Shown: positions 1-15,900 of the stretch, piece after piece
Numbering within the stretch: position 1 is the first letter of the stretch
Layout: each line of letters opens with the position of its first letter
Assembly (NCBI GenBank): GCA_964035545.1
Contig: OZ037768.1
Coordinates: forward strand, 18,397,700 to 18,461,699
DNA from: Bugula neritina
Lineage: Eukaryota; Animalia; Bryozoa
Direction: 5' to 3'
Length of the DNA stretch: 64,000 bases
The notes under the pieces: model-generated
The model's database searches: none
Told to the model about the DNA's origin: nothing
What the model saw: only the letters and a program-made list of their open reading frames with translations
Translations under genes and position numbers: made by a program

Positions 1-90
1 ATCAGTAAATATAATATAATATAATGTATAAAAATTATATAATATAATACAATATAATATAATAAAATATAATATAGTATATTATAATAA
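1..90. repeat. (TAATA)n-type AT microsatellite
   Basis: Similar to the tract at about 18545-18620 that precedes the last exon of copy B, suggesting copy A's last exon lies just outside the window. Confidence 0.7.
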
Positions 91-367
91 TTCTAATATT
101 TTACAATTCACTGCACTTGGTCCTCTAGTAGTTTTTAGCTTTTACAAACCTTGTTTCAAAAATGTATACTGCATTTAGGCAGCATTTGAGTAAAAGTGTA
201 CTAGGTTATCGTGTTTATCATTGCAAGTTATACAACCATGTTTGGGCAAAATACCAGGCAATGTCATTTCATTATATATACGGGCTGAAACAAAGTAAAA
301 AAATATAAACAAAAATAAAAAATATACAAGAACAAAGCCATAACTTCACTAACATCCTAATCTTGTT

Positions 368-857
368 GGTGTCATCCCAGATAGACGCTTCCCAGTTAGA
401 CGCTAGGCTAAATTTCCCACTTGGACTCTATTTATTTATTTTGGTACAATATATATATTCTATGTGCAATTTATTTGAATATTATTGAAATATATAAATA
501 TATTTAAATAAACTTGGATCAATTGTTTGTTATCTAGCACATAAATAAGTTCCTGTGATCTGCATTAACTTATTAATTTTGCATATTCTATACTTCTTGT
601 CGTTGAAAAAAATATTTCGTTAATTATAAGTATTCATTAAAAATAATGTCTATTATTAATGTATTACTGTTTTTTTGCCCCAGACAAATCCGTGAAAAGT
701 AAGCTATTATTCCAGATACTTTACATTAGCTATTATAGCTATTAGCTATTTAGCAATCAATACAACATTTATATTATACATTATTATGGTACCAAAATAA
801 AAAATAGCCTCTAACTGGGAAGCGTCCAGGTGGGAAACGTCTATTTGGGATGAAACC
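368..857. mobile_element. Non-autonomous DNA transposon (MITE), family 1, copy 1
   Basis: TIR GGTGTCATCCCAGATAGACG ... CGTCTATTTGGGATGAAACC with subterminal CCCAGTTAGACGCT-type repeats. A closely similar copy lies at 41077-41476. Absent from the equivalent intron of contactin B. Confidence 0.8.
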
Positions 858-960
858 ACTTTGTTTGGTTAGCCCACCAAAGCTTTATTCAGCACAGCAT
901 ACACCAGTATATAGACAAAAAGTAATTTCACGGATAATTTGTTGTAAGAAGAGTTCTTAC

Positions 961-3900
961 CAATAGAGAATTTGATAAGTGGGGAGCTCATCTTTCCAAC
1001 CCCTCCCCTGCTGTAACCAAATACTCTTAAATTATAAAAACTGTTTTTCTCAAAGTTGTAGTCTATGAATATCCAAGTTCTACGGCCACAATCAAAATCC
1101 ATTGCATTCCTCACATCTTCTCCTTGTCTCCAGATACGAACCTAAAATAAGAAAAATGGAAGTCACTGACATATAATGGCTTATTAATACTCTGCCCTTT
1201 ATGCTTTTGATTGAGTATTTTTGAAAAAATAATAACAATCACTTACTTTCTAGATAGGAAGGGTTTAAAATTCATTAAAGAAAGTCTTAAAATAACTACA
1301 TTATTAAATTATGAATAGCATTGTTGGCACAAGCAAGCTGAGGTACAAAGACTCAAAACAAAAAGTTCTTTATGATTAAAATTGGTAACTAGCAGCTCAA
1401 ACTCGAATTAAAATATCATTTAATACAATTTGATGGGTGTCCAAATCATAAGTTGAGATCACACCAAGCCTTATTTTGCTAAATAACTTTTTAGCTACAC
1501 AATGTTTCAATAGGATATATTGAATAATGAACAGGCTAGCTATAATTATGTAATATCGGTAAATATCTGGTGGTAAACAAGTTGTTGATAGTGTGGGAAA
1601 TGTTCTAAAACACAAGAGAGATGCTTCTAATGATGTACTAATACTCTAGAGGATACAACACAATAATACTATACGCATATTTCTGTGCTTTTAAATCTCA
1701 GCATCAAATCGCCTCATTGTTATCGTCTTTATATAAAATAGACACTTGAAACTAAACTGTTAAATGCCATTATCTAAACAAAGAGTTAAATCAGATAATA
1801 AAATCTTATTAATAAAGTGAAGTAACTAGTAAAGTCTGAAGGACAGTAAATTATGCTGGACTGACACTAGTCATGGAAGTCAGATAAAATTCAAGTATAT
1901 CACTGAGTGAAATCTTTAATCAAGTTATTTCTTGCTGTCATTAGGCAAGCAGAAGTGGCTTCTATGTCTACCAGACTTAGCTGCTCTTAATCGACAACAA
2001 TCTTAAGCAAATGATAAAAGCAGTTTTGTAAAAAAAGCTTATCACGTCGTTGACATAGTGGCAGGTGTGTGAAAATCCTACAACCAGAGGAACAATGATG
2101 TTTTCTAACTAAACATAATTTTTAGCTTAGTTGGTTTTGATGGCGTTTGCTGTAACTGTGATAGTTGTATTTACAATCTTGAATAATCAATAATCAGACT
2201 TTCTTATGAGATAATGAAAGTAAACCATGACTAGTTTATATCATATTTTATTATAGTATGACTTGTGAGCTGACAGTTTATACCTTATATCCATCGAGAG
2301 GTTCTTCGTTAGGGCCTGTGACAACACCTCGGAAATTGACTCCAAGAGTTCCATCAGTTGTCCTGTTTATTGTTACATACTCCGGCATATTCAAAGGAGC
2401 TGCAATCAATATTCGTTGAATGAATAAAAAATGTTCAGGAAACCTTTCATGTTACAAAACACAGTTCTGTTTGATGATAGGGTTGGCAAAGATAACCATA
2501 GTCCTCTAATCAGAAATATATTACAATTAAAACTCGTATCAAGATTGAGTTTTCAACAGTATTGACTGTAAGTTACTGTTATGTTGTTCAAGGAAAATAT
2601 GTTTCCAGGTTTAGAAAACATGCACAATAAAATATATATTATAAGCAATACACATGTATGTATATTACACAACAGTATATGGATAGTAGAATATATATAA
2701 GCTCACCATTATACCAGGTAGTCTGAGAAATAATTCTACCAGGTGGTGCATCTCCAGCTGAGTTAAACAGCTGAGCTGTAACCAGGTAGTCTGTTGCTGG
2801 CTCCAGACCAATGATGGTACCTTCTGTAACATTACCAAGTACAGTGTTTCTACGTCCATACTCCTGTCTAGTCCCATCTTTCCAGTACTGGATCTGCAGG
2901 TAAACACAGTGGAGGTAGAGTAGGTAGACACAATGTAAGTAGAGTATGAATTTCAACAGCATAAAACCACTCTAGTGCTACCCTTACAAGAAATTGACAA
3001 TCTTCAACTAACTATGGTTAACTAATTACCAAACTAAAATTCAATTATAAAATTATATGGAATTTGCTAGTGGAAAAATTAAATCAGTAAAATAAAGAAG
3101 CGCGCATATAAAAATGCCTATATAACGTCATACAAAGAGAGTTATTGCATTTTTACAATGTTATAACAGATAACACTAAACTTTGATAATTTTAATAATT
3201 TCAGTATAGAATGTTTTAAGCATCACAAAAAAATATTTTTTATCAGCTATATGTTGGGTACAAAATTTAACCTTTTCAAGCAAGATCAATATTATGCTTT
3301 GTACTGTATTATGCACATTGCCAATGCGCAGGTGTTTGGGGTTCTATCTTACGCCAGTCTTATCCCTGCAAGACATTTAATAAGCTGGCGTTCATGAAAA
3401 GTTTTGTTTCAAGCAGTTAGTTGAAGATGAATTCTAATAGTTTTGAGTTGTCTTGCCTATCTATTTTAATAACAGTAACATGTCCCAACAGTTCATGTAC
3501 AGTAAAACGCTACCGTACTGCTCGCAACTTATATCTATGCATGCCTTTTGAAGCTAACTAAACATAGCACCCATGGACTTACATGAAAGCCAGAGAGCTC
3601 TCCTCCAGTGACAGTCTTACTGTTAGGAATAGGATCCCAGTAAACTGTTAGAGCTGTGGCATTCAGTGGCTGTACAAGTATCTGCTGGGGTGTTTGGGTT
3701 GGCACTACACATACAAAGGTTTTTACTTACACAATGCAATGCATGTACATGTTTATTGTTTTAACATCGGTAACATCAAAATATTTTCATATTTCATTTA
3801 TTAGATTATACCATATTTGGGTATTTATTATGTCATTGTTTAGTCTGAAAGCACATGTATCTTTTGAACTACATGCTATACTTTTATGCAGAAAATAACA

Positions 3901-6900
3901 TGATAGTGTTGGGTTTACAACGCCAATTCACTATACACTATACTACGTGGATTGGCCTGGAGTTCAAGCTAGATTGAAATTATAAGGAAAGGCTGGAATT
4001 ATTATCAGACACTATTATATCATTATGATTTTACAAATTTATTTGAATGCTTACTTCAAGTGCTAAAATATAAATAAGGCAATCTGATATTGCTACTTGC
4101 AAAAATTTTCAAGACTTGCCGCCAGTCAATCGAAATTTTCAGGTCAAGGCGAACCAAGTCAGTGATATTATCAAGTCAACTCAAGTCAAAGAGTTTCCTA
4201 TGCTCAAGTCTGCAAGTGTTCTAATCAATTTAGCCCTAACTCTGCACACAATTATTATGTCATCAAAGTACACTGTACACAGCGAAAATCCTAGCTGGTA
4301 AGTGGACAACTCCAATTTATATAAACTTTTATATTGTGATAAAAACCAGTGCAAGAGTTATTACTTCGACTATGCATGACTACTGGTACGACAGTGACTA
4401 CTTGTGTGACAGTGACTACTGGTGTGACAGTGACTACTACTCAGTAACTACTGGTGTGACAGTGACTACTAGTGTGACAGTGACTACTAGTGTGACAGTG
4501 ACTACTACTCAGTAACTACTGGTGTGACAGTGACTACTAGGGTGACAGTGACTACTAGGGTGACAGTGATACAGCTAGGAAACCAGGTCTTAGATTGTAC
4601 TGAAGCTAAAGCATACCTCTTACAGCTGACATTCCAACCACTGGCTCTGGTATTGGCCCATCTCCAATCTCATTTCTAACCCACACTCTGACATAGTAAG
4701 GTAGATAGTATTTAGTTAGGCCAACAGTCACAGTACATCTGGTAACCCACTGGTCTCTGTACACGTAGTTCATCTTTTCAGCATTTTCCTCAGGTTTACA
4801 ATTCTTCAAAGTTCAAATATATTAATTAGAATAATGAATGTATAGATAAAGCAAAAGTTTTTAGTAGAGGACACTGGTTAACGGCTTCATTTAGTGACAT
4901 AAAAATATTTGTTTCGATGGTGGTGTTTGTGTGAAACTTTTTAAATTAGCCTTGGGTAAAGTGGCTTATTTTAGGTGCAACTAAATGAATACATCGACAT
5001 GGAAGAAGCGCTTTCAAGTTTAAATCAACTTTTAAAACAGTTTCATACTAATCTGTGCAATTACTAATTTTTTCTGCAACTTCCATAAAAAACTTGTTCA
5101 GAAGGTAAAATGAGTGAATATAGGAAATATAAGAAAATTAAACTACTTTGTAAAAATGAAGTCAAATTAAATTTTATATCAAGTCTAGATCCATCTCATT
5201 TATACTGTAAACTTGTTAGCTGTTAGCTTCACTTACACTCCATAAACCAACAGAAACATCTTCATTGTACTCTTTATACTCAATCATGTATTCAATGCTA
5301 CGTGCATTCCATTGCTCTCTTGGCAGAGGATCCCACTCAATAACCAGGGTGCCTTCCTTTCCACCCCCAGCCCTTATGTTAGTTGGATATGATGTAGGCT
5401 TATCAGGAGTTGTCTGAACTAGGGCTACAAGCAGATAATAAACTACAGTGTCCCGGTGTCCCTACATAATATATTAGGCAATTGATGCTGATTTTAAAAT
5501 AGCATTTTAGCATATTTTTGAATTATAAATTCCAATGTATAAAACTGCCCAACAATTAAACGACCTTATAAATATGACAAATGCTCTATATACCATCCAC
5601 TCATTCAGCAATGGGTAGTAAATACTAAATTTATGAATGTAAAAGCTAATTGCTTGATATGCTTCACAACCTAAGAGTTCCATTATATGTCAGCCTTGTT
5701 TATTGCTTTGCAATATAGAAATAAAAAATATATCAATTCTTATAGAAAGTTGTTTTTAAACCACAACTTATTCTGCCAACCTTAGCAAGTAATACGAGTA
5801 TGAAACTCGGTAATGCAGTTCAGGAACACAAAGACTTACGAGATTCAAGACTTGCAACTCCAACTCCATGTATATTGACAGCTTTAATTCTAAACTTGTA
5901 GCCAGTGTCAGCAAACAGTCCAGTAACTGTTGTGTTGCTAGTTGCAACGTCTGTTGGGTCAGTAACTGAAAGAGTAAACCCATCATCAGGTTTATTGCAA
6001 TAATATAAGTCACCAAGTCTCCCAGATTCTCTAGGATTCTTTATTATTTTAATTATTCTCTAGCCATCTTTCGTTTTTACTTCTCTGTTTTTAAAGCCCT
6101 AACTAAAAGTTCCTTAACCCATGTGCAAATTAAAAACAACTCTTTTTTAAACACAGTGCCACTGCTCATTCTGGGTTCTGGTCTATATTAGTGGTTGTTT
6201 ATGGTACATTTAAAACTTTTACTAAAATACTCTTCAACCGGGCCTGTTTGTTAATATATTTTAATGCTTATAAATATATTTTAATAAAACAGTAACACTA
6301 ATAAATATTAGGCTACTAAAGTTAGTTGAAAATAATTTCTCACATATTAGAACTTTCACTTGCTGAACCAGAACTTGCGGGTTAAAAAGCTGTTTTTTAA
6401 TATAATTATTGACTACTTTCTTGAAGTATTATATATTTTTAAATAACATCAATGTAAGTATAAAGGACAGTATAGCAATGGATTGCAATGCAGTGAAAGT
6501 GATGTGGAAATTTAAAATAAACTAGCGTGCTTATTATGCAAATAATGCTGAAACTACTGTAATATATAAAACATAGCAAAAGGTCTAAACATCATCAGTA
6601 ATGATGGTTTTTCTTGTATCTGCATATACACGTGTGTAATTGTGTGTTTTATAAGATTATATGATGTAAAGTACAATAATCTAAGTACATTCATACAGAA
6701 AATCTACACTTCATATCTAATAGAGCAACATAATGTTTATCCCAGCCATTAGCATAAGGGCTATGCAAATGCAAATTAACTGTTCAACTTTTATTTTAAA
6801 ATTTTATTGTTTCAATAAGTTTAGTTTTGAAATAAATTTCGTGTATCAATTATGTAGCAGTTAATACACTTTTATTAAAGTTGAGAAAAAATTATCTTCT

Positions 6901-9900
6901 CACCATCATAATTTCTAATGCAAACACAATGTTCTATCTCCTAAATACCTACTACAACTTACATATGAATTTGTGTCAGATAACTGAAGCATGACTATAA
7001 AACCTCAAACTTATAAGAGAAAAATCTGTTCGCTCAATATTTTTGAAGTAAACTAAATTGTTATGTAACACATAGAAAGTACCTTCTTTGGCAAGAACCC
7101 ATTCTTGAGATTCTACATTATACTTTTCTATAATGTAGAATATGATTTTCTCTCCATTAGTAGCTCCCTTAGACCAAGATACAATAGCAGAGTGTTTTCC
7201 TGGGTTACTTGCTTTAATTCCAGCGGGTTCTCCTGGAGGTCCTGTCAAGAAAAACAGAATTACTGAAATCATAGGCTATAGTATCAAAACAACCAGACAG
7301 TCACAAACCAGCTAAAAGGTAATAGCCACAGACTATTCAAGAATTCTGAGTTTTAAATCTTTAATATAGTCTATAAAATTTATTATTTAAGGTTGCAGAA
7401 AGGCTTATATTTAATTATTTTTAGAATAACTACCAAAACAATCAGTTGGAGCTCATTTCTTATACTATTAGACTGAGCTAGGTTTAAGTCACATTGACTC
7501 AGGGAATTCTTTGACTTTATTGACTTGACTCAACTTAACCCAATTGAAGGACCTTATGCAAGTCTTAGAAATTTGTAGCAATTCTAAGTGTTAAATTGCC
7601 ATATTTGGCATTTAACACAGCAAGCTTTCAGATAATTTTTTGAATCAATAGTTTTAGTATGTTAAGAGTGATCCTAGTGATATATAAAGAGACATGATCC
7701 AAAACCTTTTGCTTAGGCTGCTGAATGCTTGCAAATACCCATAATTAATGTAATTGTATGAAATATGTTTAATTTTAAATAGTAATTATATATCGACTTA
7801 AGCCTATAACTTAAAGTATTGATTGACTTGAATTTTTCTGTTTAAACTGAGATCTGGTTTCATTAACTTTGCTTGTCGTTTTACATAACAGAGCATTATT
7901 AGTGAGTTCTATAACATAACCCATTCTGTATTTATGTTCACTAATAAATACCAAGCTATATGATTTGTAATGCAACTTTTACAGAGAAATGCGTTTTTGG
8001 GAAAACAATTTGACCTTAGACAGTAGCAACAATCTTAAGTAAGCCTCGTGAGAGTTTATAAGGTATATTAAAATTGTGGAAACGCCAAGTGAACCTACCA
8101 AATACTCCGATTCTTGCGGGGAGTGTAGCCTGATCACTCTTGGTCTTGACTTGACATTTATAATAGCCTCTTTCCTCATACGTTATGTTAGAGATATGTA
8201 GGTCGCCTCTACTCACCCCCTCACCACGTTTGTATGTCTGGGACATCTTCCAGTCATCAAAGTCTATCACTACACAACAGACGTAGTATGAACTTTATTA
8301 GGCGATGCATAACAATATATAATTATGTAATAGTTGCTTCTATGATATAATATAATAATGATATAAATAAAATTGTGATCAGAAGAGGTAGGTGCAGTAA
8401 CGGAGAAATTAAGAAAAGCCTGTGTTCTAGGTTTGAAATGAAGCAAAAAAGTTTTGTTTTCACGAGAATTTCAACAGTGCCCCAAATCATGGGTAGAGCA
8501 TGCAATAAATTGACCAGGGTGTCGTTTGTTACACAATCAAAGCTACACCAATTTATCCTTAATTTTGAAAATGACAAGTCATGTGGCCAGAAGGAGAAGC
8601 TTTCTTAGCAACCAATCTCAAATATCACGGTAACTTACGCTTGTCATTGTGATACCATAAATAGACAATATCCAGGATGCGGTGGAAGTTAGCTCTGCAT
8701 TTCAACACAACATGTGACCCCAACAAATAGTCGTCTGCTGCTGGTCCATAGTTTAGAGTTGTCCTCTCTACAATGCATAACCTGTAGGTGAATTGTTAAA
8801 AGACCAGTAAAATAAATTGCTGGAAGCCACATGCTTATCAATTTGTAGTATTTTGACCCTTATAAACTTCAATGACTTACGGACAACTTTGAGGAAGGTT
8901 GTAGCCCGAGCCTCACTCAGTCTTTCACCAGTTTCAGGATTTAAGGCTGTGTTCTCAGCAACACAAGTATACTCAGCCTCGTCTACATTCTTCTGTATTC
9001 CGCTGAGGTAAAGGTCATCATTGGGTAGAATTCGCTTTGGACTTGACGAATCTTTGTTTACATTGAAAGGCTAAAATATTTTATAATGTTAGGTGGTAAT
9101 TATGCCTTAATTTGTTTCTTCCTTACTCTTATTAAATTCTGTAAGTAACAGAATAACACACACAATAATATATGTATTTATGTAACACACAATAAAATAA
9201 TATGTATTTTTAAATATATGGTGCGAATTTTTGTAATTCCTGCTACAATCAACTAGGAATATGACAACTTATGTTTACTTATGTTTTAGTTGTAACTTAC
9301 CACTCCATTCTTTAGCCATCTTATAGTTGGTTTGGGTGCTCCTTCAGGACTACATGGAATAGTTGCATTTCCTCCTTCAGTTGCCAGAACTTGGCTAAGC
9401 ATTGGATGGTGTTTAAAATTGGGTGCAAACTCTAAAAGTTATTAAACAAGACTAACTTTACTTTACTCTTTAAAGCTTCAAGATACTTTCTATGCCTGGA
9501 AGAAAACAAAATCTAGCTTTTGGAGCTCAAGGAAACAAATAAACAAGGGGTGAAATTGTTAAAATAGTCTTACCTAGCACTCTGACTTGAGCAGAGCTGT
9601 ATGTAGTTCCATGAGAATTGCTGGCTGCACACTGGTACATCCCAAGATGAACATTTTTATCTAAATTATGAAACTGAAGGACTCTGTTGTTATCACTGAA
9701 TGAGATTCCTGCGGGCGTGTTAGCACCCCCCAGCAGAGTTCCATTAACATACCAGGAATATGTGGGCTAAAATAGAGAATCATCACTTATCCTTTGAATT
9801 GCTCTATAAGCAGCTCCGAGTTGGAAGTGATTGAGTGCAATAGTTTGAGGTTTTCGAATTTGGAGTTGGGATCCCCAACAATGAAATCACAAGAACCCCA

Positions 9901-12900
9901 AACTACCGCGCTCAGTCACCTCCAACTCTGAGCTGCTTATAGAATAATTTTTATCTTTCGCTGTAATACGAGTAGGTAGGAATACTAAACATGCTATTGC
10001 TAAAATCATTGAAAAAGGAGACAACTCCATGCTCTTCCTACATTCTGAGTCACAATTACTACCATTTGATACATACTTGAGGATTTCCATTGGCAAGACA
10101 CGTCCACTCATAGTCACCTCCCTGGTCTAAATGGAGATTATCTAACCTCCCTTCACCAAAATACGGTTTAGCTGAAAACATAGAATAATCATAAGTTTGA
10201 TATGTTCATTGCACTGGAGTGGCTGGTTTTCACAAAATTTGAGCTGCTATGGCGCATAAAATAAAATAAACCTCTTATGCATTACAACAGGCATAATGCA
10301 TTTAAACAGTGCAAATAGAAGTGCTAGCTGACGGTATTTTGATTCGTAAATATAGAACAAACATGTTGGGACAGTGTTACTCAATCCTCCACTTTTACAA
10401 GGCTGATAAAACACCTTGGGTCAACCAACAACATGAAGATAATTACTTATTCAAGCAACTCTTATGTACTGTTAAGCCATTTTAAAGATTACGTTATATA
10501 TGCTATCCTTGATTTGACAAAGAATCAGGGCAATGGCAACTTTACAATAACTTACAGGATATGCGGAGAACAACAGATTTAGAGTGAGATACTAGCAGGT
10601 ATGAAACTGTGCAGGTATATTCCCCTTCATCTTGTTCTGTCACACTCGGTATTGTAAGTCTACGATTATTTTCATTTTCTTCAACAACACTACCGGGTGG
10701 TAGAGGCAGGCCATCGGCTCTCTTCCATTCATATTCAGGTGACTGGCCCCCTTTCCTTCTGTTATACAAGTAGAGTACAACATAACAGCATCTTGTAACG
10801 CTAAATGATATGTGTATGCTACTGTATGAACTAGAAATGTCACACAAAATCTTACTGCTAGGAACATGCTCAAAATTTAAGTTGGATATAATATGTTGAC
10901 TTAAATTATGATACTGCTTTTTATAATAGCAGAGACACTGCTGCAGAGTTTAGATGACTGAGCTTGTGTACATTTAGTCACCAGTTTCATAGTTTACAGT
11001 ACCAAAGTTTACAGTATTAAAGTCACAATACTAAAAGTATATGAATTAGCTTTAAAAATTACGTAGAGCAGTAGAAACATTAACAACCCTGACGCACTGC
11101 ATTTATACAACATTAAAATACTTATATATGTATGTCTTAGCTACAATCTACAGACTGTTTTGGGGTTGTCCACTCAAACAATTTTGTTTTATAATAAATT
11201 TTGCTTGAAAATTATTTTGAATTAATTTGGGATTCTGATTGCTAGGGGATAAACTTTAGGCTTTAAAATTTTAACCAGCTCAGTGATTAAGCTGTGTGTT
11301 GCAGCAACTAAGGATAGCATGTAATAAATACTAGCAACAATTAGTATCACTTGTAAGACTATATGGACTTTGGAGCCTACAAAAACGTGATGATCTTCTA
11401 GCAATTAAAAGTCCTAAATTAATTAAGGAAATGTACCCAAAATTTATTATGAAGCAAATTTTTATGGGCATGCAACCCTGAAACAGTCTGTAGATGATTG
11501 TTAAGATATATATGCAAATTTTGATAATGCATATACGTTAGTGTCAGCGTTTGATAGAAGGCTTCTTTCCAACTCGTTAATGCTGACATTCAATCAATAA
11601 TGCAGAGTACTGATAGGCCAGTTAAAAAGAAGTAAATATCGAGTAAGCCATTAACTTCATAGTGACGAAATATTTAGAAATCACAGGTGACAAGGCAGCA
11701 GTAATGCATGCAACTAGTTCTGGTCATAGTAATTTATAGCATTTATTACAGCTATAATTGATGTAATTGATGATATTATTTATTTGTAGTATAGTAAATA
11801 AAATATGGCACAAATAAGCATGAGCAGCTAGTGTCTAGAGGTTAGAAGCGCTGGTTTATCATGACTCGGCTGTCCAACTTACCAGCAGTACTGTTTTTAA
11901 CGCTGAAAAAATATATTCACTACAACATAATAAGCAAAAATTTTACAAAGAGGCATTATTACTGCATGATTTAACCTTGATTGAAGCATCTTTAGTATTA
12001 TAACAATTGTTCTAGTGTAGAAATTTTTATGTCAAGCAAATGTTGGGAATTTCAAGCTTTCTAAATAGTGCTAAACAGCAGATAAATGCAAAGTTCAAGA
12101 CCACTTTGACAAAGATTCTCTAAAATTCATCTGAGAAAGAACCAGGTAAAAGAGCCATGAATTTAATTACAGGAGATCTTGAAAAACCCGAAAGACTTGA
12201 TGATTGTTGAAACTTCTGTAAAAACATATGATTGAAAACTTGAAGACAACAGTTACAACTTTTGGAATAAATATTATCAGATAAAAATAATATCTGCAAT
12301 ATTTGCTAGCATGCATCTTTCCATAATTTATAAATTAATCAAAATGTTTTAGCCGCTTATACTGAGACTGAAAGCATGTGTTTAAATTTTTATAAAAGTC
12401 AAAATAAAGTTTTGACTGCTTTAAGATACAAATATTATTTTATATATATATATATGAACTATAAAACCGTACGTGAATCTAGCGAAGCACTCCAAATAGA
12501 CTTTGTCTCCTTTGACAGGGTTCTTAGGTATTATCTTGATGAAGTCGTTGTGTATGAGAGGACCAACATCCTGGTAACCTTTGCGATACAACATGTTGGT
12601 ACTGAGGCTAACAAGTTTGTACATGAATATAATTTATATGTTTAATCAACAATTTGATAGGCTGTTTTATAACATTTTTTAGAAATAATTAATGAATAAA
12701 GTTCAGGGACCAGGTGTGGTCTAGGGGTTAGGGTGTTTGCCTAGTAAGCATGAAGTCATTGGTTTGAGCCGGACAAAAGCTATTAGTAATGTCAGGAAGA
12801 GCATTTAGTCATAATTGCTCCTGTTCTCCATCTGAACAAGTCCTTAGCCAATTTTTCTTACAGGGATAGCTACTATAAACTTGCGTGTGTGTGTTGCATG

Positions 12901-15900
12901 TACTACAACTATGTAATATTAAATCAGTTTGACATAGCTGAGGTGAACTCTCTGTAGATAAACCTACTGGAGCCTTCATCAATCTCAAGTTTGTAGGCTG
13001 CGCTGTGTACAGATTCGGTTCCTCCATCCTCAATAGACACAGAGCAGTGGTAGTCTGCGGCATCACTGCCAGAGACAGACTCAAAGTACAGACTACCGGA
13101 CTTGGAGGCCAGAGTATTGCTGTAGGTTGGACTAATCCAGTTTGTAGGGTCGTTATTCAAATACCATCTGTAATTGTATTCTAAAACATACAACAATAAT
13201 AAGGATTAGCCAAAATAAACCCTAACCATTCGTATTAATTTCAGAGTGTTGTGTTGAGTTTAACCAGCAGCCCCTGTGGTGTAATTGGCTAGCGAGCCTG
13301 CTTGCAAGCCGGAGGTTTGTGGTTCGAATCCCGGTTGGGGCAATCATTTTACACAGAGATGTGATTTAACCTCTGAAATAATGTTGACTATGTTGGCTAT
13401 AATGCATGCAAGTATACACAGTCAATATCAAAGTTTACTTGAGTATTTATGTGCTTTTTTTGAGATATAAGCTATGGACACTGTGCATCAAGAAAAAAGT
13501 TGGAAGAGCTTTCTGCAAGATTCATTAATTTACTCAATGCTGAAAAAAGAATCCAAAAAACGTTCAAAGTCCTGACAAATAAATTATTATTATTGGCTGT
13601 GGAAACCATTAACTTCAGGATTTTGTTTTAAATAATGAATTTATTTAATGTGCAAGATATTACTTCTGTTTAGTGTTATAAAATACAATATGAAATAAGC
13701 CCAACATTATTATGAACAACTTACGGATGCCATCTTGTTTATTGTGTTCACAAACTATAACGGCAGACTGGTAGAGTGTTGCTGGTACAGTTTTAGCATT
13801 GTTAGGAAAGTCACTCAACACTGAAATGATAGCATAGTGTTAGTACCATTCAACATCATAGCAAAGTAGAAGTACATAGCGCAATCTAACAACGCATAGC
13901 ATACTGATGTGATGACGTATAGCATTAGCCTGTATATACCCAAAATGATTTTAGGTAAAAATGGTAACAGTAAAAATGGCACAAATAGAAAAGTAGGAAA
14001 AATTGGCACGTCTAAAGAAATATAGCTTACTCATAAACAAAATGGTGGCTGATTCACTCTTGACTTTCCCAAACTGATTGGAAGCTTCACACCAATAGGA
14101 TGAAGTGTCTCGGTCTCTGCTAGGATCATGTATGGTGAGGCGGCCATTAGTGATGGTGATGTGATTAGCATTAGTAGCAACTATTGGTACGGCCTGAAAT
14201 ATTTTCAACTAATGTAGTAAAACTAAAAAAGGTTTTCGAAAAGATCTCACAGCAGCTTTGTATGAAGAAACAGCATTGTCTCTCTTATCTGCCAATAGTT
14301 TGTTTTATCTATATAATAATTATGTCTATAGGAACTAAAACATAGCATCACCTCTGTTCCTAGCCCTTTATACCACTGGTAGGTAGGTTGGGGGTATCCC
14401 CTGGCGTCACACTCAAAAGTCACAGAGGTGCAAGCCTTCGTGCATTGAAAGGCATTTGCTCGAGTTTGAAAAGTGACATCCTGAGGTTGTGTCACAAAGT
14501 AGGGACCTCTGTAGATCCTATCCGGATGCACATTGTCAGCTCCAAAAACTAAAAACAATTGATTTACTGTCATTTTATCAACTTGTTCACTATGCAATCT
14601 ATCAAACTCGAATACTATGTATAGTTGTTGCTAATGCAAGCTCAAAAAACTATACAAATATTCAAGTGTATTTTCATTGAAAAAAAGTTGTTAAATTTTT
14701 TCAACTTAATATTAGTTGCTAAAAATATTGTTTTATAAATCTAAGTTACAAAGAAAACAATTAAATTGACAAAACAGCTTTGATGAAACAGAAAGGTAAA
14801 AATTATATGAGTAGCTAGCTACCCAAAATATATAATTCAAATTTCTTTATATCACCAGTATATATAGAGCTGCATTGTAGGTGCTGTAGTTTACTCACTG
14901 AAGCTTCTTGTTTCGGAACTAATCAGAGTAGTATGAATTTTGAGTATCTCACAGATATAAGCTCTCTTGATTTCACCAATTCCTCTCACCCAGAAGTAAC
15001 CGGGTTGATCCTGGTGGTTTCCCGTGTCATCATACTCATACACTACGTAGTCACCAGTATCTGCCTGGGGGGTTTCTGGTGTAGTCCAAAAGACTGTGGA
15101 ACCAAAACCTGTACCATCCAACCACTGAAAAGTGGGACTTGTACTGATGGAGTTTGGTCGCACGTGCCCAGACGTGTACCAGGTGTTACGCTGACCTGGT
15201 TTATCATCATTCGCTGAAAACCAATTTTGTACAAACTGATTTTCTGCTTCAGAGTTGATACTGATAAGTTCAGCACCTTGTTTCTGCAATAAGTAAATAA
15301 ATCAACACTATTTTCAGTATTTATATGTCAGCAAGCATCATGATCTAACCTAAAAACACAAACACATTATATAGCAAGTTAAATTATCTCAGAGGTTGCC
15401 AATAGAAACAATTTTTTCCAATGATAAACACTAAATAAGGAGAAGCATACCCGACAATTGATCATAGCATCTTCCCAAGACAACAGGGAATCTACATCTG
15501 ACACAAACTTGTAACACTTAGATGATTCTGGAACCCATGGAGACGGACATTCAGGAGAAACTGAAACATTAAACTGTTTAGTAGTATAAATCATAAAAAT
15601 CTAAGCCACAGAACACAGAAAGAAACATGGTTATATATACATGTCTATTAACACTGAGGTGATATACATAATATTAGTTATAGAACTTCCAGTTAATACT
15701 ATTGACCTGTCAAAGGCAAACAAGTTCATAAATTTATGAATAAGGTGACTATCATTATATATATATGGGTTGGCCAAAATCGGACAATATTTTTAGTAAT
15801 TATATAAATTAAGTAGAAAATATTACTTGTATATTATAAGGGCAAAGATAATAACAGCACGCCTTGAACAATTTTAGGTAATAATTTTTTATCTACATAT

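Noticed and set aside
4376-4570. CRISPR-like array
   Set aside because: Head-to-tail minisatellite with no unique spacers, in a eukaryotic intron.
13270-13342. Functional tRNA gene
   Set aside because: T-stem and anticodon stem are mismatched and the loop is 6 nt; better explained as a SINE head or pseudogene.
14933-15217. + strand ORFs shared by both contactin copies (also 29706-30158, 12376-12645, 27170-27379)
   Set aside because: Antisense shadows of near-identical coding exons.
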